Position numbers and translations under genes: made by a program | Assembly: GCA_918797485.1 (NCBI GenBank) | Contig: CAKKNE010000001.1 | Location: forward strand, 5,270,001-5,334,000 | From: Pelagomonas calceolata | Lineage: Eukaryota | DNA length: 64,000 nucleotides | Direction of reading: 5' to 3' | The notes under the pieces: model-generated | Told to the model about the DNA's origin: nothing | Seen by the model: only the letters and a program-made list of their open reading frames with translations | The model's database searches: none | Part shown: piece after piece, positions 20,833 through 31,526 of the stretch | Position numbering within the stretch: the first letter of the stretch is position 1 | Layout: the number at the start of each line of letters is the position of its first letter

Positions 20833-21069
20833 CGCGGCGACGCGTGCCGCACCAATGACGAGTAGTGCACGAATCGTGGTTCGCTCTGCCGCTGAGCAGC
20901 GCTCTGCAGCCTCTGCTACTGCTTGTATTTGCTTTGGAGTAGGAACGCGTGCAAAAGCGATTGGAGCCGAGCAGGCAGGGTTACGTATGCCACGAATAAT
21001 GAAGCTACGCGCGTGCGCGTGAGTTTGTGCCTCTTCTTTTTCAGCTTTTGCTTGAGAGCTGCCAGTGAT

Positions 21070-21093
21070 GCTAGTGTCTCTACAGACGCTAGC
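21070..21093 (-). promoter_or_regulatory. CTAG-element copy
   Basis: Reverse strand reads GCTAGCGTCTGTAGAGACACTAGC, between the divergent sirtuin and HECT genes. Confidence 0.75.
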
Positions 21094-21238
21094 GCGAGTG
21101 CTCTGCACTTTTTGCGGAGCCTGCGTACAGCTGTGCTTCCGCGCTAGTTGGGAGCATTTGTGACGCTGCGCAGCGAAACGCAGACCGTGCGACAACTGCC
21201 GAAGAGTGTGAGACGCGTGTGAGACGTCAAGACTACTC

Positions 21239-23922
21239 ATGGACCGGAGACCATACGGCGGTATGTCGAGCTCGCGTGACGATAGGCGCAAACGGCGGCG
21301 GTCGCGCTCGTCCTCACGCTCGCGCCGGCGGCGACGGTCGCGCTCGCGGCCGAGGAGTCGCGAGCGAGCACCGCCGCGCTCGCGGCCCGAGGACGCTACA
21401 GGGGGCTGGGGTGCTCCACCGCCAAGGACAGGCGGCTGGGGTCCACCGCAGCAGGCGCAAACGGGCTGGGGCGCTCAACCACCGGAACCGGCGCAAACGG
21501 GCTGGGGCGCGCCGGCCGCGCCGTCCCAAGGAGGCTGGGCCGTGTCGGCAGCGCCGGTGCCCGTAGCACCTGCGGCGGCGCCCAAGAATGCTGAGGACGT
21601 CCTGCGCGAGTTTGTAACCAAAGGCACGTGCTGCACCGAAGCAAACCCCAGGTGCCCAATTAGTAGACGGTGTGGTCAGAGTCATCATTTTCCAGAGGCG
21701 ACGAGAGAAGAGGACTGCAACGACAAGGGCTGGAAACTTAAATCCGTCAAGGCACTCTACTCCCACTGTCGGAGCCGAGGTGTTTTGTCGGGCGAGCACT
21801 ATCACAAAGTTCTCCTGTTCGTTCACGGCGTCGATTGCTAGTGGTGCCTTCGCTTTTGAGAGTCGCGTCGCTCGCATGGCTGAGGCGTTGCTCACGCAGG
21901 CGGGCGCTTGCGGAGCGCATCGCCCTTAAAACGCCTCTCCAGGCGGGAGGCTGGGACGTGCTGCCCAACGACATGGGGACGGAGCTTACAAGAGATTTCC
22001 CGGACCTGATGGAGGCGCGCTACCAAATGTTTGGGCGCGGCGGGCCCCGCGCGGCCCCTGCAATACCGCGACGAGCTGCGATCGCGGACGCGTCGGCGCT
22101 GGCCCGGGCACAGGCCGAACGCTCGCGTCAGCGCGAGGCGACGGCAAAGGCGGAGGAGCGAACGGAGAAAATTAGCAAGCAGCTCGCTGAGTCTAAGTTG
22201 GCGCTCTTCAACTCCCAGGAGGAGACCGACGCGGCGAACGAGCGCATCGCGGGCCTCGAGGACCAGCTCCGGCGCGAGCGACAACAGAGCGCGCAGAACG
22301 AGCATCTGGAGCGCGAGGCCGAGCTCAGACGACGCAGCGACGAAGCGCGCCGCCGCGAGGCCGAGGCCCGGGCCAGCATGGCGGACGCGAACAAGAGCGC
22401 CGCCGAGCGGGAGCGCGACCGGCTGCGCGCGGACCTCGAAGAGCTGAAAGCCAAGGAAGATGCCAGGGACGCGGATTTAGCGAGGACGCGGGCCAACGCC
22501 CAGGTCTTGCTCGGCGCGGACGAGGACGACGACGTTGCCACGCTCGGCGACCGCGTCCAGGCGTTCCGGTCGGCGATCGCGACGATGCGGACGGCGCTCG
22601 GCGAGAAGGACGCCCTGAGCATCTGGGATAAGATCTACCGAAAAGTCGAGGTCGGGCGGGACACGCTCGTCGAGAACGTGATGACGATGTTCGGGCCGGC
22701 CACTGCTACTCGGGAATGGACAGCAGATCAGATGTTTATGCGACCGATCCGCGTCGAGTTTGACCGCTGTGGGGCGGTGCAGCGGTCGGGCAAGTCCAGC
22801 GAAAAAGGGAAAGAGGCGGGCGTCGACGACGGCGGCCTGCGGAACGAAATGTACGAGAAGTTCTTCGAACAGCTGCTGCTGTTGCGCCCCGACCTCTTCG
22901 AAGCCTCCGAGAGCGCGGGTGAGCTCTGCGCGCGCGCGCTGCCGACGAAGGACGCGACGTGGACCGCGCTGCCGGACGCCGCGCGTATCGAGAAGGACTT
23001 CGAGACCGTCGGGCGCATCATGTGTCGAGCGGTCGTCGACGGGCGGCCGATCCCGAACGCGCTGGCGTCGACGATCGTGCTGCGGTTCTTCCAAGGCGTC
23101 GAGCCGGCCGCGCTCGACGCGAACGGCGCCATGGTGCGGGGCCCGCTCTCGAAGGCCGCGCTCCTCGAAGAACTACTCCTCATGGACGAGGACAATGCTT
23201 CGAGCATCGGCAAGTGGATTCTGAACGCCGAACAGTCCCTTAACGATGTGTTTACCACCGTCGGCGACGCGCTGTGCTACAACTCGACGGAGGACCGAGC
23301 TGCGGCTTCAGACGCGCAGATTCTGGCGATGCCCTGGAGCGACGAGCCGGCCTTCCGCATATTAGTGTTTGAGCGCCTCGTCCAGCGCCGGTTGATCGAG
23401 CCGCGCCGCAAGGCGCTGGAGGCGATGCGGCGGGGCTTCGCGACGGTGGAAATGGTCCCGCAGCTAACACGGACGCTCTTCCCGTCGTCGAAGGAACTCG
23501 TGCACCTCATATGCGGGGACGACAAGCTAGATGCGGAGAAGCTCTGGAGCCTCTTTACCTTCGACGAGGAGGCCTACAGCCAGACGTTTATCGATTACGA
23601 TCACCCCTCGGGCGAATTTGGATTATACACGGAGGACGATCCGACGATGCGCCATCTGAAAACCGTGCTCTCCGAGTTCTGCGACGCGGAGCGCCTCAAG
23701 TTCTTCAAGTTTGTGTCGGGCCTGGCGGCGATCCCGGCGACGCGGCCGGGCGAGGCGAAGCCGTTTCAGCTGCTCGTCGACGGCAAGGTTTTGGAGACCA
23801 ACCGCCTGCCGACGACGTCGACGTGCTACTACCAGCTCCACTGTCCGCCGTACACGACCAAGGACGTGCTCAAGGACAAGCTGCGCCTGGCCATCGAAGC
23901 CGAGGGCTTCGACCAGAAATGA
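21239..23922 (+). CDS. HECT-type E3 ubiquitin ligase with N-terminal RS domain, GWG repeats, Cys/His cluster and coiled coil (exons 21239-21816, 21900-23922)
   Basis: HECT motifs EAGVDDGGLRNE, ERLKFFKFVSG and RLPTTSTCYYQLHCPPY..KLRLAI. A GT-AG intron at 21817-21899 joins the two overlapping ORFs in frame (..HKVLL-RALAER..). Confidence 0.78.
21817..21899 (+). other. Predicted intron (83 bp, GT..AG), introner-family-like
   Basis: GTTCGTTCACGGCGTCG...CTCACGCAG. Removal fuses the RS/GWG ORF with the HECT ORF. Confidence 0.65.
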
Positions 23923-24041
23923 GACGGGCGTGCGCTAAGTATGTGTTGATATACGAAGATCGGGTTTTGTGGTACCGCTCCCCGGGGCGCGGCTTCCAGG
24001 GCTCCCGCGCAGGAAATCCGCGTGTCTGAAATCCCGCGTGT

Positions 24042-24070
24042 CTAGCTTTACTTAAAGTTAAGACACTAGG
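24042..24070 (+). promoter_or_regulatory. Degenerate CTAG-element copy
   Basis: CTAGCTTTACTTAAAGTTAAGACACTAGG upstream of the 24327 gene; the right half matches consensus. Confidence 0.55.
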
Positions 24071-24218
24071 GAATCCAAAGCAGCAGCGCCTGCCCGGCGC
24101 CGTGCCCGCCCGCAGGGCTGCCCAATCCGTTGTTACGGAGCACGCTGAAGCGACCGATGCCGCGCCGGACCCAAGCCGCCGCCCAAGTGCATCCATAACA
24201 CACCCAAGCATGTTGTCC

Positions 24219-24361
24219 AGCATCGACGACGACCAGCCCGCGACCGAAGTTTGACAAGCATTGACGACGACCAGCCCGCGACCGAAGCATGACAAGCATT
24301 GACGACGACCAGCCCGCGACCGAAGCATGACAAGCATTGACGACGACCAGCGCGAGACCGA
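24219..24361 (+). repeat. 38-bp tandem repeat (~3.7 copies) spanning the start codon of the downstream gene
   Basis: Unit agcattgacgacgaccagcccgcgaccgaagcatgaca starts at 24219, 24257, 24295 and 24333. Confidence 0.95.
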
Positions 24362-25982
24362 GAAGGCAAGAAGCAAACCGGACCGGGCCACGACGGAAGC
24401 GGCCCTGCGCAGCTGCGACCACACGACCGTCGATTACAGCCGCTTCGACGCCGTCGAGGTCCCCGAGGACGTGGTCATCGAGCGGCGGAGCTGGGGCCCG
24501 ACGCGGGACAAGCGCACGGCGCCCTTGCGAATCACGCTCAACGCCAAGCGCTTCACGCTCGCGGGGCCCTGGTTGAGAAGGAACGTCTGCGATTTAGGGA
24601 GGGCCTACCTCAAAGCCTCAAAAGCCTTCCGCGTCTTCCGACTCGACGGCGCGGCGCAGACCCGCGTCGAGCTCGGTTTACTGGCTGAGGTCGGCGAGTG
24701 TTTGAGGGATGGGGACGTCTTGAAGCTTGAGGTCCGCGGCGATGGTGCAGTTGATGTGATGGAGTTCCCCCTCGAGTTCTTCGACGGGTTTTCGAGCGGC
24801 GGCGTGCTGCGGGGGCCCACGACGGCCGTGGACGCCTACGTCGACGGCGGCCGCGTCGCGGCGCGGCCCGCCGAAGTCGGGCCGCACACGCTCGAGCTCG
24901 CGGACGGCGCGACGGCGGAACGCGTCGTCCGCGCGCCCGCGCCGCCGCCGCGGCCCTGGGCGGCCCTGCCGGCTTCCATTCGTCGGGCGACGGTCGAGTA
25001 TCTTAGAGCCGCGGGCGCCGCCTTCGCCGTCGAGCGCACGGACACGGCGTCGCTGCCGCTGCCGCCGCGTGCCGTCGCCGTCTCGGGCGAGCCGCCGGCC
25101 CCCGGCTGCGCGACGCTCTTCCGCTCCTGGCTTACATCAGAAGATCACGACGCAGCATCCCGTGGAGTTCCTCGGGTGCCCCAAGGTCAAGGCCAAGGTG
25201 CGCGCCGCGAACAAGGTCGTGATCACGCCGCGATCGCCGAGCGCGCCCGGACGCTCGTCGACGCGTGCCCGGCAGACGCCGTCGAAGTCGTCGACGCGGC
25301 GGCCGGCCCGGCGCGCAACCCGGCAACGCTGGGCCCCGACGGCCTGCTCTCGCGCCGCGCGACGCTCGCCGTCGCGGTGCACGGCGACGTCGCGTGCACC
25401 TTCCCGCGGCTCGGCGCCGGACGCGTCGTCGACGTCGACGACGTCGACGCCGAGGGTGCTGTCGCCACCAAGATCGGCGCGCGGTGCGTGCTGCGCCGCG
25501 GCGACGCCCTGCTGCGGTCGAACGTGGACGCGCACGGCCGCGTCGATCACCAGATGGATTGCGCCTACGACGGAAAAGTCCTCGAGGTCCACTTCTTCTC
25601 GCGGAGCGCCTACTTACGGACGACGGAGACCATCGCCGTCGTCGAGGACGCGACCGCGGACGACGTGCTCGACGAACTCGAACGGCGCGTGAACGACGCG
25701 GACTTCGTGCTGCCCGAGGCGCTGGTCCAGTGGCGCGCGCCAGCGACGCGCAAGGGCCTCGTTCCCGAACCGCTCGACGCGCTCCGGTGCGTCGCGGACT
25801 TGCTGCCCGCCGGGTGCGCGGGGTCCACGACGCTGCGGGAGCGGGCGTGCTGGCGCGGGAACGGCGCCCCGGCGGCGCGCGCGTACCAAGTTGACGTCGA
25901 CGCCGAGGTTCCTCCGAAGACTCGCCAGGAGGTCCGCGAGTGGGCGGAGAAGCGGCGCATCGATGTGCGCTTTCTAAGGTAA
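24327..25982 (+). CDS. Hypothetical protein with a degenerate prolyl-4-hydroxylase/2OG-Fe(II)-like segment
   Basis: 551-aa ORF. RRATLAVAV...TFPRLG...RRGDALLRSNVDAHGRVD resembles a P4H C-terminal half, but Fe-ligand residues are not evident. N-terminal DYSRFD motif. Confidence 0.55.
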   Translation: MTSIDDDQRETEKARSKPDRATTEAALRSCDHTTVDYSRFDAVEVPEDVVIERRSWGPTRDKRTAPLRITLNAKRFTLAGPWLRRNVCDLGRAYLKASKAFRVFRLDGAAQTRVELGLLAEVGECLRDGDVLKLEVRGDGAVDVMEFPLEFFDGFSSGGVLRGPTTAVDAYVDGGRVAARPAEVGPHTLELADGATAERVVRAPAPPPRPWAALPASIRRATVEYLRAAGAAFAVERTDTASLPLPPRAVAVSGEPPAPGCATLFRSWLTSEDHDAASRGVPRVPQGQGQGARREQGRDHAAIAERARTLVDACPADAVEVVDAAAGPARNPATLGPDGLLSRRATLAVAVHGDVACTFPRLGAGRVVDVDDVDAEGAVATKIGARCVLRRGDALLRSNVDAHGRVDHQMDCAYDGKVLEVHFFSRSAYLRTTETIAVVEDATADDVLDELERRVNDADFVLPEALVQWRAPATRKGLVPEPLDALRCVADLLPAGCAGSTTLRERACWRGNGAPAARAYQVDVDAEVPPKTRQEVREWAEKRRIDVRFLR

Positions 25983-25995
25983 ATGTGTAGTAATG

Positions 25996-26334
25996 TTAAT
26001 TCCCCCGTTTTTGGTGCTCGAACCGATCAAGATGGTCCACCATCTCAGCGAAGGAAGGTCGATGTTCGGGTTGGTGCGCGCTCGCGTGTCGTATCAATGT
26101 CAATAAAATGTCGCGTTCGGCGCCCGTCGCCTTCTCCGCGATGAATGGCAAAAGCCACGAGCGATTCGCCACGTCCCACACGTGTGTCTTCTCAGATATA
26201 AGTAAGGCCAAGCGCGCCTGAACACAATGGCCAGACGTAACGCTGAAGTATATATTTCTCAGGTTATCACAGGAGGGGGAGAGGTGGGCGCGCCGCTTCG
26301 TCGGCTCGCCAGGGGAAGAGGGAAGAGTCATCAC
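25996..26334 (-). pseudogene. Possible protein-kinase C-terminal fragment or small ORF
   Basis: Ends LLTLIRHASAHQPEHRPSFAEMVDHL, like kinase subdomain XI (P..RPSF.E+). No other kinase subdomains are present. Confidence 0.3.
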
Positions 26335-26337
26335 AGC

Positions 26338-28693
26338 TCAGCGCTTCACGGCCTTGCGCACGCGCGTGGAGCGGCGCACGCCCTCGGGCGCGGGCGCCGC
26401 CTCGATGGCGAGCACCTCCTTCTTGGCCTTCTTGGCTTTCTTCGCGGCCGGCTTCTTCGCGGCCGGCTTCTTGGCTGAGTTCGCCGCCTGCGCGGATCAG
26501 GCATCGAGACGACGCCGCGGCGATGGAGTGTCTCCTCGCAATCGAGGAGTCAAGTGAGGAGTCAACGAAAATCCCTGGGACGCCGCGACGCACGGGCTTC
26601 TTGCCCTTCTTGCCGCGCGCCGCGCGCTTCGGCGGCGGCGGCGCCTCCTCCATCTCCTCGTCGGCGGGCTCCTCCTCCTCTTCGGGCGGGGGCACCTCGG
26701 GCGTCGGCTCGGGCTCGGGCGTCGCCGGCCGCTTCGCTTTCGGCGTAGCTCTTTTCGTCTTCTTAGGCTTGGGCTTCGCCTCCTCCATCTCCTCGTCGAG
26801 GGGCGCCGGCGTCGGCCGCTCTCTAGCTTGCGCGTGGAAGGCGTCGACGGCCTCCTGCGTGAAGGACGACGGCAAGGGAACGGAGGGCGGGTTCGCCCGG
26901 CCGCCAAACCCGCGCGCCGTGTCGATCCACTGCTTTCTCGGGAGCGTCGCGTCCGTCCAGGTCTGGGGGCACCGAACATAAGATAAGGACCGCTCGTCAT
27001 AATAACCGTTGCAGAACCACTTGCCCAATTCATCTTCGACGGGCTTGGGCTTGCCCTTCCCACATAAATCACAAATGGCCGGCGCGCCGCGCGCCGCCCC
27101 ATCGATGACCTTCCGCTGCACGAAGGCCTTGTTGCCCGCTTTGGTTTGGCCGTTCATGGCAAGCACTTCCCCCAACTCGGGCACGCGCAACCTCCCGTAG
27201 GCCGCCCAGGCGACGACTTCCGCCGGCGAGCCGCCGGCTGCTTTCGCACACTGTTCTTCAATTTCATCATAATCGCCGTGCACGACGGCCGTGTTTCTGG
27301 GGCGAGGGGCACAAATAGCGTTCGTCTGGAGACTAGCGATGGAGGCCGGCGCGGGGAAGGCCAATTCTTGCGACCCGCCGGCGCCGGGCGCGTCCGGCAG
27401 AGCCGGCACGGAGGGAGCCTGGTCCATGCCCGAGGCCTCTCTCAATTCCTCCTCCGAGGCGAGTAAAGCCAGGCCGTTGCCCCTAAAACCAGACGAGAAC
27501 TCCGTGATCTGGACCGGCTGCGAGGCTGCTAAGACATCACCATTTTCGATGCCCGTCTTCAAGTCATGGATCGACATCAATGTAATCTTCGGGTTCGCGC
27601 GAGCTTTGCTGACTTTGGACATGCCCGGCTGCTTGCCCACTATTAATATGTTGGTCTTGCCGCTCACACTACCAGTAACGCGGCCGCCGAACGCTTGGAC
27701 CATAGCTTTCACACGGTCCTTGCCTAGATTTAATCCCGAACCGCCTCCCACTTCAGGAAAGATGCCCGTGGACACGCAGGTCAGGCCGGCCATGCAGCCC
27801 TCCACGCCACTAATACCAGGCTTCGGGATCACGAAGGCGCCGCCCGGGCGCTTGGGCGCGATCGGCCCGGCGCCGGGCGCGTCCGGCAGCGCCAAGGCTG
27901 TGGACGGCGCCGCCTCGACTTTCGGAGGGGGCGGCGGCGCATATTTAGCAGCAAAGGGGTCCACCGGCTTCGGCTTGCGCGTCTGCTTGCGGGCCCAGTG
28001 GGACTTGTCCATGCAGTAGGCCACGAACTCCGTCAAATCGGATTCGGACAGCTCCTCCATGCCGCACAGGAGCACGCGGTTCATGCGCCGCAACGCGTCC
28101 TCGACGCACTCCCTCCCTAAAGCAGGATCAGGTAAACCTTCCCAGATCTTCGCCGGGATGCGCCAGCAACCGAGGCGGACCCAGCGCGTATAGCTCCCGG
28201 CCTCGAGGTTGATCTGGCCGACGCGCAGCGCGCCCTTGGGGATTTTCTGCTCGCCGCAAGAGGCCTTGTGCTTCGCCGTGCACGTGCTTCTATCACTCTT
28301 GGCCGGCTCGACCCTATAAGTAGGGACATCTTCTTCCGCCGCTTCGGCGTAGTAGTCGTAGGACTGCGTGTCACCTCGAGCTTCCTTGGCCGCGAAGTAG
28401 TCCGCCGCATTCTGGAATACATCAGAGGTAGACGTCTGGTTGTTCTCCTCCGAACGGAAGGTGATGACGCGACCTCTGTCGTAAAACTCGCGGAGCACCT
28501 CGAAGGCCGACTGGACGTCTCTAAATTCTTGCGCGTCGCCGCCCTTGTCCGGGTGCGTCGCGAGTACCTTGCGGTGGTAGGCCCTTCTTATCACTTTAAA
28601 CTCCTCGGCCAGGTCGCCGCAGGACGCGAAGGCCGTCGCCGCGTCGACGGCGCAGGACTCGAGGCAGCGGGCGATGGTCTCGCCGCGGCCCAT
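26338..28693 (-). CDS. J-domain + PARP-type zinc finger + BRCT + PADR1-like protein (exons 28693-26594, 26487-26338)
   Basis: IRRAYHRKVLATHPDKGG (J domain); YRVEPAKSDRSTC..C..KIPKGALRVG (zf-PARP); FGGRVTGSVSGKTNILIVGKQPG.SKVSKA (BRCT); DGAARGA...CDLC...WFCNGYYDE...C (PADR1). Removing the intron gives a natural Lys-rich tail ending RRSTRVRKAVKR*. Confidence 0.82.
26488..26593 (-). other. Predicted intron (106 bp, GT..AG), introner-family-like
   Basis: Sense GTGCGTCGCGGCGTCCC...ACTCCATCGCCGCG...TCCGCGCAG. Splicing yields KKGKKP|AANSAKKPAAKK. Confidence 0.8.
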
Positions 28694-29338
28694 CGTTTAT
28701 TGGGTGTGACTCGGTGACCTGCGCTGGTTGTGTGAGGGCCGCGGGATCGCGTCGGCGGCGTGGGATCCGGGACCCGCGTTACTGCTCTCGCGCGTCTTGT
28801 GGTGGCCAGCGCTGGTTTGGATTCTCGGAGACGATGTGTGAGGCCGCGGGGGCCGCCGCGGCGTCGGTGGACCAGTGACCCCGCGTTTCTGCTCTCTAGA
28901 TTCCCCGCTGCGGCACCGCGCGCGGTTTTCTCGAGGTTCACAGCAACAGGGCTGTCAGGTTGGAGTCTCACGCGTGCTTGAGCTCAGTTTTAAGACGCAG
29001 CGGCGCGCAGTGCTGTCCACAGAGAGACTGATCTGCGCGCGAAGGAATTGCGATTTTTAGCGGACCCGACGAATTTATTTTTTTAGCGAAACCGACCCCT
29101 CCCGCCTCAGAGGACGCCTCGCGACGCCCATGGACGCGTCATAGCAGCACAGAGCAGCAGGTGCCAAAAGCCGCTGCGATTGGTGTCGCTGTGTGAGAAT
29201 ACATCGATTACGCGACGACGGGCAGCCGCGCGCACATATCGCTGCGCGAGCGCGCTCTTCCCCACGCCGCTGTCTCGCAACAGCACAATTTTTATCTCCC
29301 GGCGCCGCTGCGGCAGCAAGAAATAGGGCAGCAGCAAC

Positions 29339-31195
29339 ATGGGCGCCGGCGGCAGCGCCCCGAAGGAGGAGAATAACGATGGGCAGCCCCCGCTCGAACG
29401 GCAGGGCAGCTTCGATGAACAAGGAGACGACACGGAGCGGCGCATGCTCGCCGACCCGTCGACGCCGCGCAACCTGAGCCACCCCATCGAGTCCAAGGAC
29501 CACTTCGACGACGAGGCGCCATCACTCACAAGCACGCGCACCGTGAGCTTCCGCGACCCCGCGCACAGCGTCCGGGACAAGAAGTCGAGCTCGAGTTTAC
29601 TACGAGAGATGGAGAAGCGCGAGCAGGAGGAGTTAAGGGTGCAGACCGAGGCCATCCACGTGCTGGAGGCCGACGAGGGCACGGGCGAGCACGAGACGCA
29701 CGGGAAATGGCATGACCGTTTTCTCCCAAAAAATATGATGAAGCAGGTGAGCCAATGGGCGAACAAGCGGCGCAAGTGGGAGGCGGGCGAGACGTTCGGG
29801 GACGCGTCCTGGAACGCGCACACGGCGGCGTTGTGTACGTCGGCTACGTCCGTGGTCAATGTGGAGGAAACCATGAACGTCTTTGCTTACTTGGATAAAA
29901 ATCGAGACGGCCGCGTCGACGTCGAGGAGCTGCTGCAGGCCGGCGAGTCGCCGTATGTGCGACGGTTGCTCCGTTCTACTAGGAATTTTGTACTTGTATC
30001 TCTCATGAGGAGCATGGAGGATCCTGTAAAATTCAGAGAACTGTTTGCAGAATTAGATGAAGATGGGGATGGCCTCATTGAGGAGAACGAGTGGCGCCAT
30101 TTTATCCAAAAACTCGCCCATGAACGAATAAGATATCTCAAATGCAAAGGTCTGACGACGGGCCGGTGCTTCTGGGGCCGCGGCTACAAGCAGGACTACT
30201 ACTACCATTTGTGCAACAACCATCCTCTCCTCCAATTCTTTCTGCGGGACCCGGACTACCCGTGTACGACGTGCCAGCTGATCCTGAAGGAGTTTGTTGT
30301 CCTAAGTTACATGGTTTATGCGGTGGCGGAGTCCTTCGTGCTTACTAGGAGAGCTATAGGTGGCCGGCCGCGCTGCGACGCCGAGGGGGCGTACCTCAAG
30401 GAGCGGCTCATCGAGTATGGTATTACGGTCGGCGTCGTCACCGTGCCGTGTTTGATCCTGAATCAGATGATGTTCCACTTGTTCGTGTGCCCCTGCTACG
30501 TGTTTGAGAACCAGCGGGACCCGATGGAGGAGCGGTGGCACAAGGTCGTCAAGTGCGGCTTCTACTCTTCCCAAATCATCGCGGCGTACTTTATACTGGT
30601 GAACGCGGTGGCGGCCTGGACGGCCTTCGATCGGATGAATAAAGAATATTTGTGTTTCTGGGAGTTTTTTATTATGGGCCAGTTCAACAAGTACGCGTAC
30701 TTTCCTTTGATGACGCTCGGCCAGCAGTTCAATCCTTATGTTGATAACGTCAAAATTTGTAGATGGACCGCCATCGGTAAATATAATGTCGAGAAGCGGC
30801 AAGCGAGAGGCCACGCGCTGCGCAAGGCCAAGTCCATGAAGGAGCACATCGGGTTATTGCGCGACGAGGTGAAGGACAAGTCGTCGTCGGTGCACAAGGA
30901 ACCTTTTTTCGTAAAGATAGCCGAAGCGCCGGACGGCGCGGAGGACGCGCGCATGGTCGGCGACGAAGGCAACGAGCACCTGTGCATCCATCATTTGGAT
31001 GCGATCGTGGCCCACCACGAGATGGGCGACCAGCACCACGACGACGACGTCGAGCTGCCGCCGTCGATGTTCTCTGGAAGTGGAAGTGGTAACGCGAACG
31101 CTGCCGCCGCGACCGCTGTTGGGGGTGGGGTCGCTGCCGTCGTCGCCGCGGGGCTCGCTGGCGGTGCGCCGGTCGACGCGCTGTGTAGGGTATAA
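29339..31195 (+). CDS. N-myristoylated EF-hand multi-pass membrane protein
   Basis: MGAGGS start; EF-hand loops DKNRDGRVDVEEL and DEDGDGLIEENEW; about four hydrophobic segments downstream. Confidence 0.8.
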   Translation: MGAGGSAPKEENNDGQPPLERQGSFDEQGDDTERRMLADPSTPRNLSHPIESKDHFDDEAPSLTSTRTVSFRDPAHSVRDKKSSSSLLREMEKREQEELRVQTEAIHVLEADEGTGEHETHGKWHDRFLPKNMMKQVSQWANKRRKWEAGETFGDASWNAHTAALCTSATSVVNVEETMNVFAYLDKNRDGRVDVEELLQAGESPYVRRLLRSTRNFVLVSLMRSMEDPVKFRELFAELDEDGDGLIEENEWRHFIQKLAHERIRYLKCKGLTTGRCFWGRGYKQDYYYHLCNNHPLLQFFLRDPDYPCTTCQLILKEFVVLSYMVYAVAESFVLTRRAIGGRPRCDAEGAYLKERLIEYGITVGVVTVPCLILNQMMFHLFVCPCYVFENQRDPMEERWHKVVKCGFYSSQIIAAYFILVNAVAAWTAFDRMNKEYLCFWEFFIMGQFNKYAYFPLMTLGQQFNPYVDNVKICRWTAIGKYNVEKRQARGHALRKAKSMKEHIGLLRDEVKDKSSSVHKEPFFVKIAEAPDGAEDARMVGDEGNEHLCIHHLDAIVAHHEMGDQHHDDDVELPPSMFSGSGSGNANAAAATAVGGGVAAVVAAGLAGGAPVDALCRV

Positions 31196-31526
31196 GTTTG
31201 AGCGAGGGTAGTGTTTGGTCGCGGTTACTTGATAGATATGTAGGTGCTATATCCCTCCTAGTAGACCCTTACGGCTATAATTTAAGTAAGCCCAGGAGGA
31301 TGTCCATTATTTATTGCCATAATATTGGGCCTTCCCTAATTTTATTTAGTACTCTCGAGGTAGTACGATAGGTGTACAGTAAGGTACCGATAGCCAAAAC
31401 AGGTTTTAGAACCCGTCTCTCGTTTCGCTTCGTATCGGGCGGCGGCGTAGCTTAAATTGTCTCTCAAAACTCCCTCACTGACTGTGCGAATTGCGAGCGT
31501 CGCGCGTTGTCTTCAAAGCTGAGATC

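Noticed and set aside
24219..24361. 38-bp repeats as a CRISPR array
   Set aside because: Units are head-to-tail with no unique spacers, there are no cas genes, and the context is eukaryotic.
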